A stretch of 64,000 nt of DNA from Raillietiella orientalis (Eukaryota): positions 248,001 through 312,000 of the forward strand of contig JAYWIR010000009.1 of NCBI GenBank assembly GCA_036172245.1. The letters run 5' to 3'. Numbering within the stretch: position 1 is the first letter of the stretch; every line of letters starts with the position of its first letter. Below the pieces are notes generated by a model. The model made no database searches. It saw nothing but the letters and a program-made list of their open reading frames with translations, and had not been told where the DNA came from. Below are positions 23,067 to 36,799 of the stretch, piece after piece. Made by a program: the position numbers and the translations under genes.

Positions 23067-25929
23067 ACTCCTTGACAGTGTTATTGTTACGCAGAGACGT
23101 CCAGAAGAACGCGTGCGTCTTTGCGGTGAAACGCTCTCCGGAGCAAAACGAAGGAAAAAAAAAAAAGGCCGGAATGGGTTCTTGGAAAGCGCACGCGGCT
23201 CTCTCGCGCGTGGAAGCGTCTCGAGCGGCCCTCACTGCCCGAGCGTTTCCCTTGGAAACGCTCGGCTCGATCGGCGGATCGATACGAGTTCGAGTGAGCC
23301 TGCGCGTGCATGTCTGCTACCCAAGATCCTGCCCATTCTCTCCGGCGCACGCGCGCTCCTCGGCAAACGGTGGACAATGTTGTCCGCGCGCTCTCCTTGC
23401 TAAGCGCGGAAACGACGGATCTTCCAGGGGAAGGGTCGCTCGCTCTCCCGACTAGGCGGCTCGCTCTGGAGAGAGGGGACTCACCGCGTCGCTCATACGG
23501 AACCGCCGAAGAGCGTGGGAGGGGAGGCAGGTCGAATCCGCACACTGGTGGCGAGAATCTCGTTTCCAGAGGACTCCTCCTCTCCAGAAGCAGAGGGAGG
23601 CACCCTTCTGGACCGTCTGGGAGCAAAACTGGTGGCTCGCAAGTTTGAAGGCGGAAGCGCTCCCGCCAGGGGATTGCCCGGGGGCAATCGAGCGGAGGCA
23701 GCGGCAGCGAGGCTCGACTCGACGGCTCCTCCTTCACTGGAAGGGGGGGAGGGGCTCGATTCGCGTCCGGTGCCACGCCTCAGCGCCCGGAGGAGGTCGT
23801 GGAAAGCCGAAGCGGCGTACCATCGGCGGGACAGGCCGGCGGCCGAGGCGCTCCCGCGCGCAAGCGCCGTCCGCCGCTCGCCAGCCGCCGCGCGGGGCGT
23901 TCGCGGGGCGTGCGGCGGCGACGGCGGCGCGCGAACGAATGCATCCGTCCGGAGGAGGAGGAGCGTCATCCTCTCTCGCGCGCACCCTCCCCCCCCCCCT
24001 CCTTCTCCCCAGCTCCTTCCCTCCCCGAGTGTGCCTCGCCCGCCGACGCGAGGCTTCCGCTGGGACCGCGGACGTGCGGTCGTGACACTCCGCCGAGAGC
24101 CTCGCCTGGCGCAACGAGTGGCCTCGAGCGTGAAAGACGTTTTAATGGATCGCTGCTTTTTGCCTTTCCTACGTCCCTCTGCCTTCCCGCCCGGGCTTCT
24201 TCCCGGCGGGCGACGGTGACCCCGGGTGAGTCGTCCGCCAACCCTGCACCGTTCCGAGGACAGCGCGTCTTGGCGGGCCCCACCGGACTGCGGCGCCTTC
24301 ACCTTGGGGGTCCTCCCCGAGACACTCCCCCATCCCCTCCCGAATGCTCGGAGGGCGCTCCGCGGAAAGTCAGAGTTTCCCCTTCCCGGAAGAGCTCCTC
24401 CCCTGGTTCCAGCGAGGGCCCCGCGAGAGGGGGCGCAGGAGAATGAATGAGGGTAGCGGGGGGTGAGTCTCTCGAGCCCATCGCCGCCGCCGCTTTCCCG
24501 TCGCCTCCGCGCAGCTGCAGCCGCATCCGGCAGGACTGCCCTGTGACTGCCGAAGGGGGTCGCCTGCAACAGCTCCGGGGACCTCGCAGAGGCAGGCGCG
24601 CGCGTCCGACGGGGAAGCGGGAGGGAAGGAGCGGGGAACTCCCACTGGGCTGGGCTGGGCTGGGGGCAGTTTCAGCATCTGTGCGTGCTCCGGTCGCTCA
24701 GGGGTCTTCAAGGGAAGAGAACGACACTTCCTGTCCTCTCCCTCTTTCCCGCTCCGCTTCCATTGTCGGGAAGGCGCCGCGTTCTCGGCAGTCCGCGAGC
24801 GCGTGCGCAGGCGCGGAAGGGCCGCCGAGGAAGCGCGGAACGCGAGCGAGGAAGCGAGCGGAGCTGGCGGGGGCGGGAAGCTCTCTCGAGGGCACTCGAG
24901 AGGGTCAGCCACCACCACCACCAGCAGCAGCAGCAGCAGCAGCAGCGGGCGCGCGCCTTTCCGAGGATTAGCGGAGGCTGCGGAGGGAGGACCTTGGCCG
25001 GATGCGGGGCGCCTTTTTTTTCTTTCAAGCCCTCCCTCCCCCGCTCCTTCCCACCCGCTCACGGAAACGCCGCGTCATGCTCGGGCGGCCGCGATGGCAC
25101 GCGCGTGGGCACACCGCGGCAGCGCTCGCGAGCCGCCCTGCGCTGCTCGCCAGGCGGGCGGATCCGCGCGTGCACGGGAGGGCGCGAGAGGTGGGCAGGC
25201 AGAGCCTCGCCGCGGGGACCTACGACAGCCAATCCCTCCGAGTTGCCACGCCCGACTTTCTCTCCTCTTCACTGCCTCCCCAGCCCTCCCCGGCACCTCG
25301 CTCGGAGGTGTCCCTCGGCCCGCCGGGGCTCCGCTCTCTCTCCTCCCGGCCGCGACACCGTCCCGGACGCGGGCGGAGGCTGCCCTCCTCCATCGTGTGG
25401 GGCCTTCGGAGAAAGCCAGGCACGCCTCATCGGGCCGGAGCTCAGGGTCGGCAGCGGGGAAAGGGCAGCACCACGAGCCCCCTTCCCCCCAGGACCGGAC
25501 TCTGCGCGTCTCCGTGCGTCGGGGCGCCTCCCTCGAAGGACCGGCGCTCCGTCCCCTCGAGGGAGGGGCGGCAGGACTCGCCCTGCGGGTCGCGGCAGGC
25601 GGGCTCCCCGGCATCTTCAGCGACCATGCCCCCCGTCGGCGCCACGTCCGTGGCTCAAAAGCGGGTCTGCGTGCCGCCGCCGTCGCGACCGGCTCGCGGG
25701 AGGAATTCGCCGTTCGCAGCCCGCGAGAAGCGCGTCAAGGCAGAAAAAGGCAATCAATAAAGACGCGCGCACCCATCCGGGAACACGCCCAGCGTCTTCC
25801 TCAGATAAATCTCCGGAGTATGCAGGTCGAAGCATTCAAATTACATGCCGAGCATCAAAGGAAGAGCCCAGCGAGATTGAATTCCTCCGAAGAAAAAGGC
25901 AGGGAAGCGCCGGTGTTGTTTCCGACGTA

Positions 25930-26000
25930 AAACAAGAAGAAAGAAAAAAAAAAAAAAAAAAAAGAAAGTAAGAAAAGAAAAGAAGGAGGGGGAAAAAAAT
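25930..26000. repeat. Poly(A)/purine-rich tract
   Basis: Long A run with interspersed G. Confidence 0.8.
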
Positions 26001-26741
26001 GTATCAGCGTTTCTGACGGAGCGGAAAAGGCGGACGACAACCGGGGTCGGAAAGAGCGGAAGGCTAGGGAAAAGGCGAGGCGCGCGGGGAGGACGGGAGG
26101 GGGGAGGAGTAGGGGGGGGAGGGGAGGGGACAGCAGAACCGATCGATTTTCGCCGTGCGCGCGCGTCACCAATCTCCGATCACAGGGGCACGGAGCAAGG
26201 CATCGCAGCGGCCCGGCCTCCGGAGCGTTCCCGGCGAGGCAGCTGGAAGGGGAGGCCGGCCGGTCATCTCGCGGAGACGTTTTTCTTCACGGGGGACGTC
26301 GCCCCACTGCGAAACCTCACCAATCCTCCCCGCGCGAGAAAAGCACCATCACTGCGATCTGGCAAACGGAGGTCTCGCAGCAACAAAGGGCCACACATGT
26401 GCGTGTGTGTTGTTTCCCTCCCACCCCCTCCCGCCCCACCATCAGCAATAGTTGGCTGCGCTTCGAAACGAATCCGACCCAAGCCGCACCGGACGAGCCT
26501 CCAGCAGGCACCCCATCCGGATGCGACGCGTTCCTCGTTGGTTTCCGAAGGGCGCCGCTGCTCCGCAACCGGCACGGTTCCGGCGCACGGGCTGCACACG
26601 GATGGAGAAAGGCCCGGCGAATCGAGAGGAATCAATGGTCACTGAATTTCTGCAGCCAGAAGCGCTCAGATTTCCCTGGCTGCGGCGGAGCGTCGCTGAC
26701 ACGGAAGAGCCGGCCACAGACAAACGCACACCAAGGAAGCT

Positions 26742-26908
26742 GCACCGCGCAGCCTGTTGGCACCTTACGTCGGCTTTGTTGCGTAGGACGCGTCTTCGCA
26801 CCGCGCAGCCTGTTGGCACCTTACGTCGGCTTTGTTGCGTAGGACGCGTCTCCGCACCGCGCAGCCTGTTGGCACCTTACGTCGGCTTTGTTGCGTAGGA
26901 CGCGTCTT
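26742..26908. repeat. Tandem repeat, 3 x 56 bp
   Basis: Unit GCACCGCGCAGCCTGTTGGCACCTTACGTCGGCTTTGTTGCGTAGGACGCGTCTTC starts at 26742, 26798 and 26854; copies near-identical, no spacers. Confidence 0.95.
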
Positions 26909-27744
26909 TAGCCTAGAAGAAACGATGCCCCTCCATGGAGGCGCCGGTCGCCAAAAGCCCGTCCATCTGGTCGAAAGTTTGCTTCTTTGTCAAATTCGAC
27001 AGGGCTGGTGTCAGTGAAAAGGGATGCAAACAGACGTCGAAAGATGGCCGTTAGAAAATTTCCGATACCTCGCAGCCTTTGAAAGCGCACCATCATGTTG
27101 TGTTACCATACATCGGTCGCGCGCGGAGTAAAGGAACCCGAGATTGAGTTTTTATGTCAAGGTTCACCTGTAAGGAAAGGAATCAACTATAACAAGTGTG
27201 GTGGAAACGAGCACATGGAATAAAATGCTATGGAAGCTGCGGTTTGTTTTTCCTTCCTGACCACCTCCCAACCCCCTTCCCAACCCCCCCCCCCTCCCCT
27301 CTCCAATATTATAAGCCCCGGTTTGGTTTGTTTGCAATATTATAACTAAGGTTTTCTTATGGAACACCCTCCAAGAGCTGATTTACATAGAAAAGTGATA
27401 AACAACGAGTGAAGAATAATTTTTGGACACCGAGGAGAATAAGCAAGAAAAAAGACATTCTTAGGCCAAGCATATCGTAAATTTCGCGAGGAAATGTTTT
27501 CAGTGAACGATAGAGATATCCTTCATTTCTGTATCAGCGCTATTTGCATTTTGAATCTTTTGTTTTTCGAGTGTATCCAAGCAAATTTCCTCATGGTTCA
27601 TGCAAATGAATAATCAGCAGTCCTAAATTAGAATCATCTTGTCTGTGGGAGAGTTTGGATTATGATATCACAATAAATAATCGCCTGAGATCGGCAAAGA
27701 AACACAAGCAAATCGTGAATTCATTAAGTTTTTCGCAGTAAAGA

Positions 27745-27877
27745 GATGAAGGAAAAGGAGACGAGAGAGAGCGAGAGAAAAAAAAAAAAAAAAAAAGGAA
27801 AGAAAGAAAAGAGAAGAAAAGAAAAGGAAAAGGAAAAGAAGAAGAAAAAGAAGGAGAAAAAAAAAAAAAAAAAAAAG
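27745..27877. repeat. Polypurine A/G tract with two poly(A) runs
   Basis: Nearly pure A/G on the plus strand. Confidence 0.85.
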
Positions 27878-30399
27878 GTTGGTCGAGCTGCAAATTGCGA
27901 TGCGCTTTTCCTTTTATCAAACTCTAGACTTCTTGTTCCTGTTCGGAGATTGCAATTCCAAGGAGATTAAGTTAATTTGAAATTGTAATGAACGGGGATG
28001 GCTGCAGCACCAGCGCGCACCAACCGCTCCGCACTTTGTCCATTAAACCGCGAGATGTTTTCCTTATCGGCTACGAGCTGCTCTTTTGCCTAACATCGTA
28101 ATTTTATTAATCGGTGTGCTTGAGATGCTCGGCGGTGACCGGGTATCGCGTATCTCCTCCGCCCGGCACGAACCGGCCTCCACCGGGCCGTGTCCATAAA
28201 TTCAGCTTCATCAGTCCACAGGGAGAAAGCACGCTGAATGGCGCGCTAATGACGGGGCCCTCTATTTGCCAAGATTTGTATCGGCTCGGCGGACATTCCG
28301 CGAGCGAGGCGGCTCTTCTGGGTGGTACGGATGTGACAGCGAGGATGCCGTGCGCTGGATTGCTTTATTGTCCACCGGCTGGTGGCCGCGCGCGAAGCGC
28401 GTTTACCACCGTCCCCGTGCTCCCTTCTCCCCCAGCCTGCCTATTCTCTTACCTCCTCCTCTCCCGCGCAGCTCCGGAGGGGGGGGGGGGGGCGGGGATT
28501 GCCGGACCTCCCCGATCTCCGGGGAAAGACCGGCTGGCAGTGAAATATGGACCTCGCGGAAGAGCGGGAAAAGTCGCTCGCCATCCTGAGCGCGCAGCAG
28601 CTGCCGACCTTGCCGCCCGTATCGGGAAGAAGGAAGACGGCCGCCGACGGCGCCTCGTCGGGGCCGGGATTTGCGCGGAGGAGCGGGACATGAAATGCTG
28701 CTAACCCGCTTCCCAGCTCCTCTTTCCTCTCTGCTCTTCCGGGATGCGAGATCTCGGCATAATCCCTCAAGGCTTCTCACTGGGACTACAATGCCGTGGG
28801 CGTCTCCCGGGATTGCGCCTCCCGCCCCTCCCCTCCCTCCGTTCTCCCCCCCCCCCCCCCCTCTTCCTCGAAAGGAGCCAGGAAAGGCGGGGTGGAGCGA
28901 GGATTCGTTCTCGTCTCCGGAAATGGACGAACCTCCGCCCCGTCCCTGGAGAGTCCTCGAAGCTGCCGCGTCCGGACGCCGAATCGGGTGCGCTAACGTC
29001 GCGCGGGAGCGTCCAATAAGAGGGAGGGACTCCCGCTCAAGTTCCTGCCGGGATCCCTTCGAGGCGCCCGCAGGAGCGCATACGGGGCGGGGTTCGCTCG
29101 ACGGGAGTGCGAGCGAGGCGCGCGGAGGAGGGGGGACGAGCGGGAGCCAACGAGAAGCGGGAGGAAAGGAACGGGGAAGAAGGGGACTGGTGGGTGGTGA
29201 GGGAGCAGGAGAGGAGAGCGATTCCCGGAGGGGGCGTGCCCTCCTTTTCCCTCTCCTTCCCTCTTCCTTTCCCGCACCTTTCGCGAGCCGGGAGCGCGCC
29301 GAGCCAGCCAGCGGAAGCGTTTCCAAGCCGCCGCGGCGCCCTCTTCACCCCGTCCCGCAGTTTTCTACGCCCCCGGGTGGCCTCTCGGGCAGAAATGCAC
29401 GTGGATAGCCTCCCTCTTCCCTTTTGTCTAGCTTTGTTTTGCCTCCCCTCGCCGCCGCCGTTGCCTTCCTGCGGGGTTCTCCAGGCGGCCGGCGGCAGGA
29501 GGAACATCGGTCGAGCAGCTGCGGCGGTCGCGCCGGCCGATAACGCGCGATTTCACGGGCGCGCGCGACGCCGTTGCGGCCACGCGTCGGGCCGGGAGGA
29601 CCATAAAAGTCGGCTGCGCGTGCGGACGTCCGTCTTCCCCCTCTTCCTTCCCCGGGGGGAGAGCTTTCCAAGAAAAAGGAGGGGCGGGAGGAAGAGCGGC
29701 TATTGGCAACGCGCGCTCGCACCTCCCCCGTCTTCAAAAGGGCAGCGGCGATGAGCGGATGGACGTTGTCCCTGTTCTCCTCTCGCATGGTCGAGGGGTC
29801 GGGGACAGCTGGACGACTACGTCTGTCGTGCTCGCGCCACTGCGCGGAAGAAGGGGAGAGAAAAGAGGAGGGCGCAGGGAGCGCAAACAAACGAACGAAC
29901 GGACGCGCGGGGTCATCAATTAGTGCGCGGAGTGTGTAAGCGGCGATTACCCGCGCTCCCCCTCCCCCGGGATTTACTCGCCCGCTCTCGTGGGACCTCT
30001 CTGCGGCACCACCTTGATGAATGCGTTCCCGGCTCCGGGCGACCGCCTAATTCGCGCTCCACATCCCCATAAAACATTCCAAGCCTTGGGAAAATCCCCC
30101 CGAATTGGAGCCGGCGGTGCAGGGACCAAACCGCCGCCCCCGAGGGGCGTCCCGGATCTCTCGTGCGCCCACTTTGCTTTCCCCTTTTTCCCCCGTCTCC
30201 GCACGGGTCAAAGGCCATCTCCCTCCGGACTCATCGAAGAGTGGATGGAACCCGAATAGACCCTGCGGTTCAGGCGCGTGGGGAACTGGCCTGCTCCTCG
30301 GTCACACGAGACGGAATCGAGCGACCTTGGCATGGCTTTCTGACGAAGGGAACCCGGAAAAGTCCAGAGGGAACGGTCGAGCGGTGACCTTCCTCCAGC

Positions 30400-31900
30400 C
30401 AGTCTAAGGGAACAACGGACCTGGATCCGCGCAGCGTACAAGGGCAAACGTACTTCGGGAGGAGGAGTAAAGTATTCTCAAGGATTATCTTAGACACATG
30501 AGTGCCTGCGGCAGCGTGATCAAGCAAAGCACTCGATGAGGGAGCTCCGGACGTGACAGCGGGACCACTGCTGGCACTTTCTTCGGGACAGTGAAAGAAA
30601 CCGCCTCAGCCCAACGAGACGAGGAGTCCTATGGACTTTCCTTCCCTCAATCTCTCCCATCGTGCCGCGACTGGCATCCTGAGCAGACGAGGCGGCCCGG
30701 CAGCTCCCGCGCTTCCTTGGCTTGGATGCCACCCTGCCGAATCTAGAGACCGTTCTTTCCCAGTGCTCTCTGCAACTTCCCCAGACTGTCCCGGCTCGTT
30801 CCTGGAAAAAGGATCGCGTTGATCCTGAAGAGAGGATCCCAGGGGCTGGAAACTTGCCAGACGGCTATCCATCCCTTCCTTTGGTAAGTCCGTCCGTTTC
30901 CGTAGTGACGCGAAAGAAGATTTCCTGCAGAGGCAGGAAGTGACAGCCGCGAGCTCCTTGATCCGGGCATGCCTCATCTCCCTCAGACGAATAGGCCGGA
31001 ACCGACCTCGAGACGTCTCAGCAAAACTGGAAGGGCCATCAAGAGCTCCTGGATCGAAACGTCGCGAGACCGAACATCCGATTCATCTTCCGAGCCTTTC
31101 CATCACTGCAGACGTGGTCGCTAGGAAACCTTGAAACGTGATCCCTCGAACTCAAACAGATGATTTTCCTTTGCTCTTTTAATGACTCATTTCTCGGGCA
31201 CTCCATCATCTCCAGAGAGCATTTCGCCGCGCTTCGCATAAATCTCTGGAGATGCGTCGGAAGAATTCGCCTGACGCAACTGCGCTCTGGACCTGCGGGT
31301 CCAGAGCGAGGACTCGCGAGGGCTCCCTTCTAGGTTCTATTTTTAGCAGCTTTCGCTCTCGACGCACGCCAGCCCTTATTTTTCATTACGGTGGCTGCGG
31401 TCTCGTATCGGAGTTCCTCTCGAGAATGCAACAGCAGCGACTACCTTTCTGGATCGGCGGCTGCATGTGGTTCTGCTCTCCTGAAATGGAAGAGCAGGGC
31501 ACAGTCTACTGCCTGTTCCTTTTCCTGTCCTGAATTTTCCTTAAAACGCTCTGGGAAATTCGTCAGTCCGCGTTCTCCGCGGCCGGATGAGAAGAAGCGA
31601 CCTACAGCTGGAAGGGTCAACCGCCGCTATGCTGCCCGCCCTACCTCCATGGACGATGGAGCCGGGATCTCGACTCCCTCGCCCATGAGGGAGGGCGGTG
31701 TGTACCCGTGCCATGCATCTTCGCATGACCCGCACCAAAATGGGGAGGTTGGATGCAGATACCAGAGCATGGAGGACAGAAGAGTAGATTGCCGACCTTA
31801 TCAGACCATCGATGCAGGAAGAATCCAAACAGCGGCAGCGGAGGAAGTCAAGGTTGCTCTTCTGAGGAGGACTCCCAACCGAACGACGAGGACTCCAAAC
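30400..31900 (+). mobile_element. Possible Penelope-like retroelement relic
   Basis: MDFPSLNL (SxDxxSLY-like) near 30630 and EGGVYPC...GEVGCR (GIY-YIG-like) near 31700; very eroded. Confidence 0.2.
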
Positions 31901-32699
31901 TCTTTCAGAGCGGCAAGGACACACCTTCTGTGCAAGAGACTTCTTCGTGAGCTGCGAGGAGGTCTGCATCGGGATGTCCACGTAAACCTCTGCGGAGCGC
32001 TGTGCTTCGGAATGCCTATTCCTGCCGTGGGCGGTAGAGCGCAGATTTCGGATGAGTTCCTTCCTGGAAAAGTGTTCCTGCTGTCGGAAGCCCCGCTGTC
32101 GTTCATGCAAAAGGATTTGAGACGATCAGGGCGAACATGGCCCGCAGAGAAAAAGGGAGCACTGAATTTTTATCTCGCGCACGCTGACAGCTGGGGCTTC
32201 TGTCGGCTTTTCTGAGGGGGATGCGGATTGGCTCCGAGGAAACCTCTGCAAGAACGTCCTCTTGGCCATACTCGCCTGTGCACCACCCGGCTACCCGTGA
32301 CCAGGGCTCGTCTTCCCCGGAAGCTGCCAAAACGCGCGTTCAGTCAGGCCAGCGCGAAGGCTCGTAGCACTCGACCTTTGCCAGCCGCCCCATGGCTCTC
32401 GCTCCACTGGAGGCAGCTTGAGGAGGGGTTGAGTAGCTGTCCACCGCAGCATCGTGGGCTGTGAGGCCGACAGTGCGGAAGGTTGCGTGCTGGGAAGCTC
32501 TAGACGCGGAGACAGGATGAGCTCTCGTCGCTCCCATGTGCACGTCGGTCTGCACCCTCATCTCCTCCGCTCTCTGAGCCTCCTTCCCACTCTCTTCGAC
32601 TCCTGCCTCTCCCCGAAGCCCACGCGCACCGATCAGAGACACGAGGGGACCGTGTGAGGCCTTGAAAGGCCTCCGAGGAGCAAGAAGTTCCGCTCGTCA

Positions 32700-33500
32700 G
32701 GGGGGCGTTCCGGGCTTAACGGCTCAGTGCGGCACCTGAAAACTCGAGCCGATCTACACAGGGGGTCTCCCAGAGACCGACTGAGTGGATCCGGCACAAC
32801 ATCCTCCCCCAAGATTCACCAAATTGCCCCAGCAGCAAAGGCGCTTTCATTTTCCGGTGCTCCCATCCCAAGCGCTTTTCCACGCTCCACTTTCGCTCGC
32901 AGGTGGCATCGTGAGCGTTGCTAGGAGCCGCACAAGTGAATGCGGTGGGTTCCCATGGGTGCATATAGAAATGAGAGGAACACCGAGAAGTGGTCTCAAA
33001 GAAATCGGAACCTCAGGCAATCTGAGATTAAGAACCAAGCCGGCCGCCCCGAGACCCCAGCTGCTCGGAGAGGAAAATCACAGAGCAAGCTCTTGGGCCT
33101 GCGGGCTTCTTGAGGGTCCTCTGAGAGGTGCGGTGCCTCTCGGCTTTGTCAGTCCTCTGCTGCCGAGGAGCTGGCAAAGCGCAGCTCCCCGGGTTAGGCA
33201 CCCATCACTAGAGTGGCAGTGGCAGGTCCGCCTGTAGTTTTCCTTTCAAAGGCGTGCGCTTCGAGCAGAGCGCACGGTGTCCTCCTGCATCCAGGAGCGC
33301 AATGGATTCCCAGCGGACGAAAGGTCTTGAAAAAGGGCAGTCCCATGCTGCCACCAGTGGAGAGATGCGGGACGGAACGAAACAACGAGAGGAAAAAAAA
33401 GTGCACCCAACAGAGGCGGAAGCCTTCAGCAGCCCGTCGGCTGTCCCGGGAAGCACGGAGACCCCCGGGCTCCGTGAGGTCATTCGCGAGCGGTCGAAGC
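32700..33500 (-). mobile_element. Possible non-LTR RT relic
   Basis: PFSRPFVRWESIALL (DFSKAFDxVxW-like) followed by RPLLGVPL (YLGV-like) on minus. Confidence 0.22.
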
Positions 33501-36500
33501 ACACGAGATGGTGGCTTTCCCAGGGCCACTGGGTCCTCCCCAGATGATCAATGAGAAACGAGCTGGGATCCAAGGCGACGGTGGCTGCTTGACTTTTGCC
33601 GCCCGCAGGGCGCCAAGGGGAGCCTCATGGAAACCAAAAGAGGGAAACAAAGAGATGGAATACTCAGGAGGGAATATCCAGCCTCAAGAGCCTCGGATGT
33701 GCACCTAACCGGAACCTCTGCATCCCGGAATTTCGGTCTTTCTGAAGGATGGACGTGCATGGATCCCACCGTCCAGCATCCTTGCGGAGGGATGGTGAGC
33801 GGCAGCCCGGCACTATGGAGCGAGCCTGGGGAGAGAGGACTCCAGCGAGGGAGGCACTGGCAAATGCACCACCTGGTGGAGCGGGAGCGGACCGCCCGGG
33901 TGACGAGGGAAGCAGGCAGAAAAGCGAGAGCGCGGAGCCACCTGGACCGCTCGCTCATCACTCGAGTGATGGCGTGGTAGCAAAGTGTTATCTCACGTAG
34001 GGTCCAGAAAAATGGATCGGAACAAATCGCTCAGCATCAACACCGAAAGTCAATCAAGATTAATAACCGGGGAAGAGAGCGAGGGGATTCGCCTTGACGG
34101 GGGATGCAGGAAGCGAGATCGCACCAGCGACGAGGTGCTTTCGAGATGACGGATGGAGTGCGCGCAGTTGAAAAGAGTGGTGGAAAAAAAAACTTATCGA
34201 GATCCCAAGGCAGAGCAGAAGAAACGCTCATTGCTGCGTGCGATGATGTAACGCAGGAGATCATCTTTTGTTCTCTCACATGGCTCCTCGACGAGCCGGA
34301 GTTCATCCTCTCGGGTGCGGCGGCGCGAAAATGAGTTCACCTTGGGCAGGTTTGCGAAACGAGATCGGCGAGGGCGCGGGAGGCTGCGCAGCAAAAATGG
34401 AAAGTTCCACGATCGGGGCAGCTCGCCAGAGCAGCTACAGAGAGGCCTTCATGGCAGTCTGACTGTTGCCTCCGAGAGCTGGGCGAAGAGCCAGCGCAAC
34501 GCTGGAGACGGCGGTGTAGTTATGGCGACGCCACGGCCGAAGGGAGCGGAGGCGAACGGGACTTGGTTCGAGCGCGAGAGGGAAAGGCAGAGGCTTTCCC
34601 ATGGGCGAGAACGAATCGCCTTCGCCGCCTAATCGGCAGCGATTTGGCTTTCTGGAATTCCCGGTGGGACGCGGCCGCTAAAGTGACTCAACGCCCCGAA
34701 GGAACCGATTTACCCACCTGAGCGATCGAGAGCTCACCATTTACGAGGGTGAACGCGCGGCCTCCTGGGATCGTGCCATTTTGCGTGTTGTTTGCGCACA
34801 CGCTGGATCCGCGCGCTTCTCTCCTTCCTATCCCGACGTTGGCGACCGCTCAGCCTAGAGGGCAAAGAGGACTGCAAAAAAGTGGACGAAGACCACTTCC
34901 GCAAGCGGTCCACTTTCGCGGCGGCTTGTGCTCGCTCCTCTGATGCACACCTGAAAGAAGGTCCCGCCGACCACCGAGTTTCCCTCTGCTGCCACTGGCT
35001 GGTCGCTGGTTGCCTTCTCGACCGTTTCGCCGAACCGTTCTTTGCGAGGGTGAAGCGCAGCCCCGGCGTATCCGGAACAGCACGAAACACCTCCCCAAGC
35101 GCCAGTCGCCGCCAGGGGGAGACTCCCAGTTGCAGCCCGAGTCCCGGAGCAGGGGATGGGATGATGGCTCCCGGGGCAAGCGTCCAGCTTGCCCCGGGAG
35201 CTGCTCCAAGAGGCGGAGCGGGCGCCCCTGCGGACGGGATTTCAGGAACCCTTGGCTGCTAATTGTGTTCGGTCAGTCCAATACCAGCGGGCAATTAGCG
35301 CTCTTCGCCTCCAAAGAGCCTTCGGGAAATTCGCTTTCTAGCTGTTTCGAAACCCCTCGTTCCCTCGCATGTCTTTCCGACCTGCGTCTAGAGGTGCCGC
35401 TCCTCATTCCCTTTCTCTTCACTCCCGCTCGCTTTCGTCGCCCTCAAATGCCAGAGTTCCTTCGCCCGCCCGCAGGATCCGAGCGAGTTGCGCCGACGCT
35501 CTGCTAAGAGAGCAGGGAAACGACATCTTCGAGCCACCGCTGTCCCGCTCGCCTCCTTATCCCTGCCCGCGGACCTGGATTCAGGACGTCGCTCCTGATG
35601 CGGTCGATAAACCCAGCTCCCGATGTGCCTTCCATAAGGTGGGGGCTGGTCTGTTGAGCCGGCCTCCTCCGTGTGTCCGATGAACTTTTCTTCTCTTTCC
35701 CCGCAGCTGTCTTCTCTTCCGGCGGCGATGTCGTCGTAGCGTGCCTATTTGCGGGTCACCAAAGGACCCCGGAAAACGCGGGTGTGCGCTGACGACGCAC
35801 CACTCCACCGGCCAGTGGATCGAATAGAGCGGCTTCTTGAATACGAACGCCGAGGACAAGTCATGATCGGTCACGATCATAAAAGGCGGAAGAAAAAGAC
35901 CAAAAATGTACATACCATGACTGATACGTACATTTTCTTCTTCTCCTCCTCCTCCTTTCCTTCCCCATAAGTACATTTATGTCTAGCAGAAAACAGAGGC
36001 TCCTGTAAGGCGTGCACGCGCATAGAGAAGGAGCGAGCGCTAGATCACCCCAAAGGAGACCCCACGGAAGGAGTTCCCGGTCGTCTGGGTCCACCCCGGC
36101 CCTCCGAGCGACAAGGCCGTGCCATGTCCGATCGCATGTGCCTGCGCGGACAGAACACCTCGTGCACTCGTGCTGCTGAGGTCATTATCAATTCCTTTGC
36201 TGATTATTTTTTGATTTACATTTTCTTTCGGAACTCTGGCTGGAACGTTCTGCATTCATTTGGGATCGGCGAACGCGGCTCTTGAATTTTTCGTGATTTA
36301 GCTCCAGGAGGATGCTGTACCACCTGGTGATCTGTGGGATTTTTGCTCCCGAACGCAGAAAAGGAAAGTCGGCGCCTCGTGAAGCTCTCGCTGCATTCCT
36401 GGCGAACTCAACCGTCAATCACCTTTCGTGTGTTGCGGCGGTGTTTCGGAAACCTCTCTCTGGGTTGCTGTTCCTCGTGGAGGTGCTGCCGACACGAAGC

Positions 36501-36799
36501 CGCAGGAAGGGGAGCGAGGAGCGTCGAGGTCAGCAGCAGCGTGGAATTGATATTGCAGCCGCGATGCTTGGATGACCAGAGAGTGGGGAACAAATCAACG
36601 GCGGCGAGGTGAGGGGGGAAAAGCAGGGAGGAAGAGAACTGGAGGATAGGTCGGTATGTGCACCTGCGACGGGCGCCGCGGTGCAGAGACCCCTGGGAGA
36701 AGGCAGAGGAGGAAGGAGAGGTCGGACGACCCTGCTCTCAAGAGAGGAACCGCGAAACCGCCTTCCACCCCCGAGCTGTCAGCAGGGTGACCCGCTGCT

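Noticed and set aside
23493..25971. Several 350-430-aa ORFs in the CpG island upstream of drm
   Set aside because: Low-complexity R/G/A/P translations in multiple frames on both strands; stop-codon scarcity explained by GC content.
26742..26908. CRISPR array
   Set aside because: Units are contiguous with no unique spacers, there are no cas genes, and the DNA is eukaryotic.
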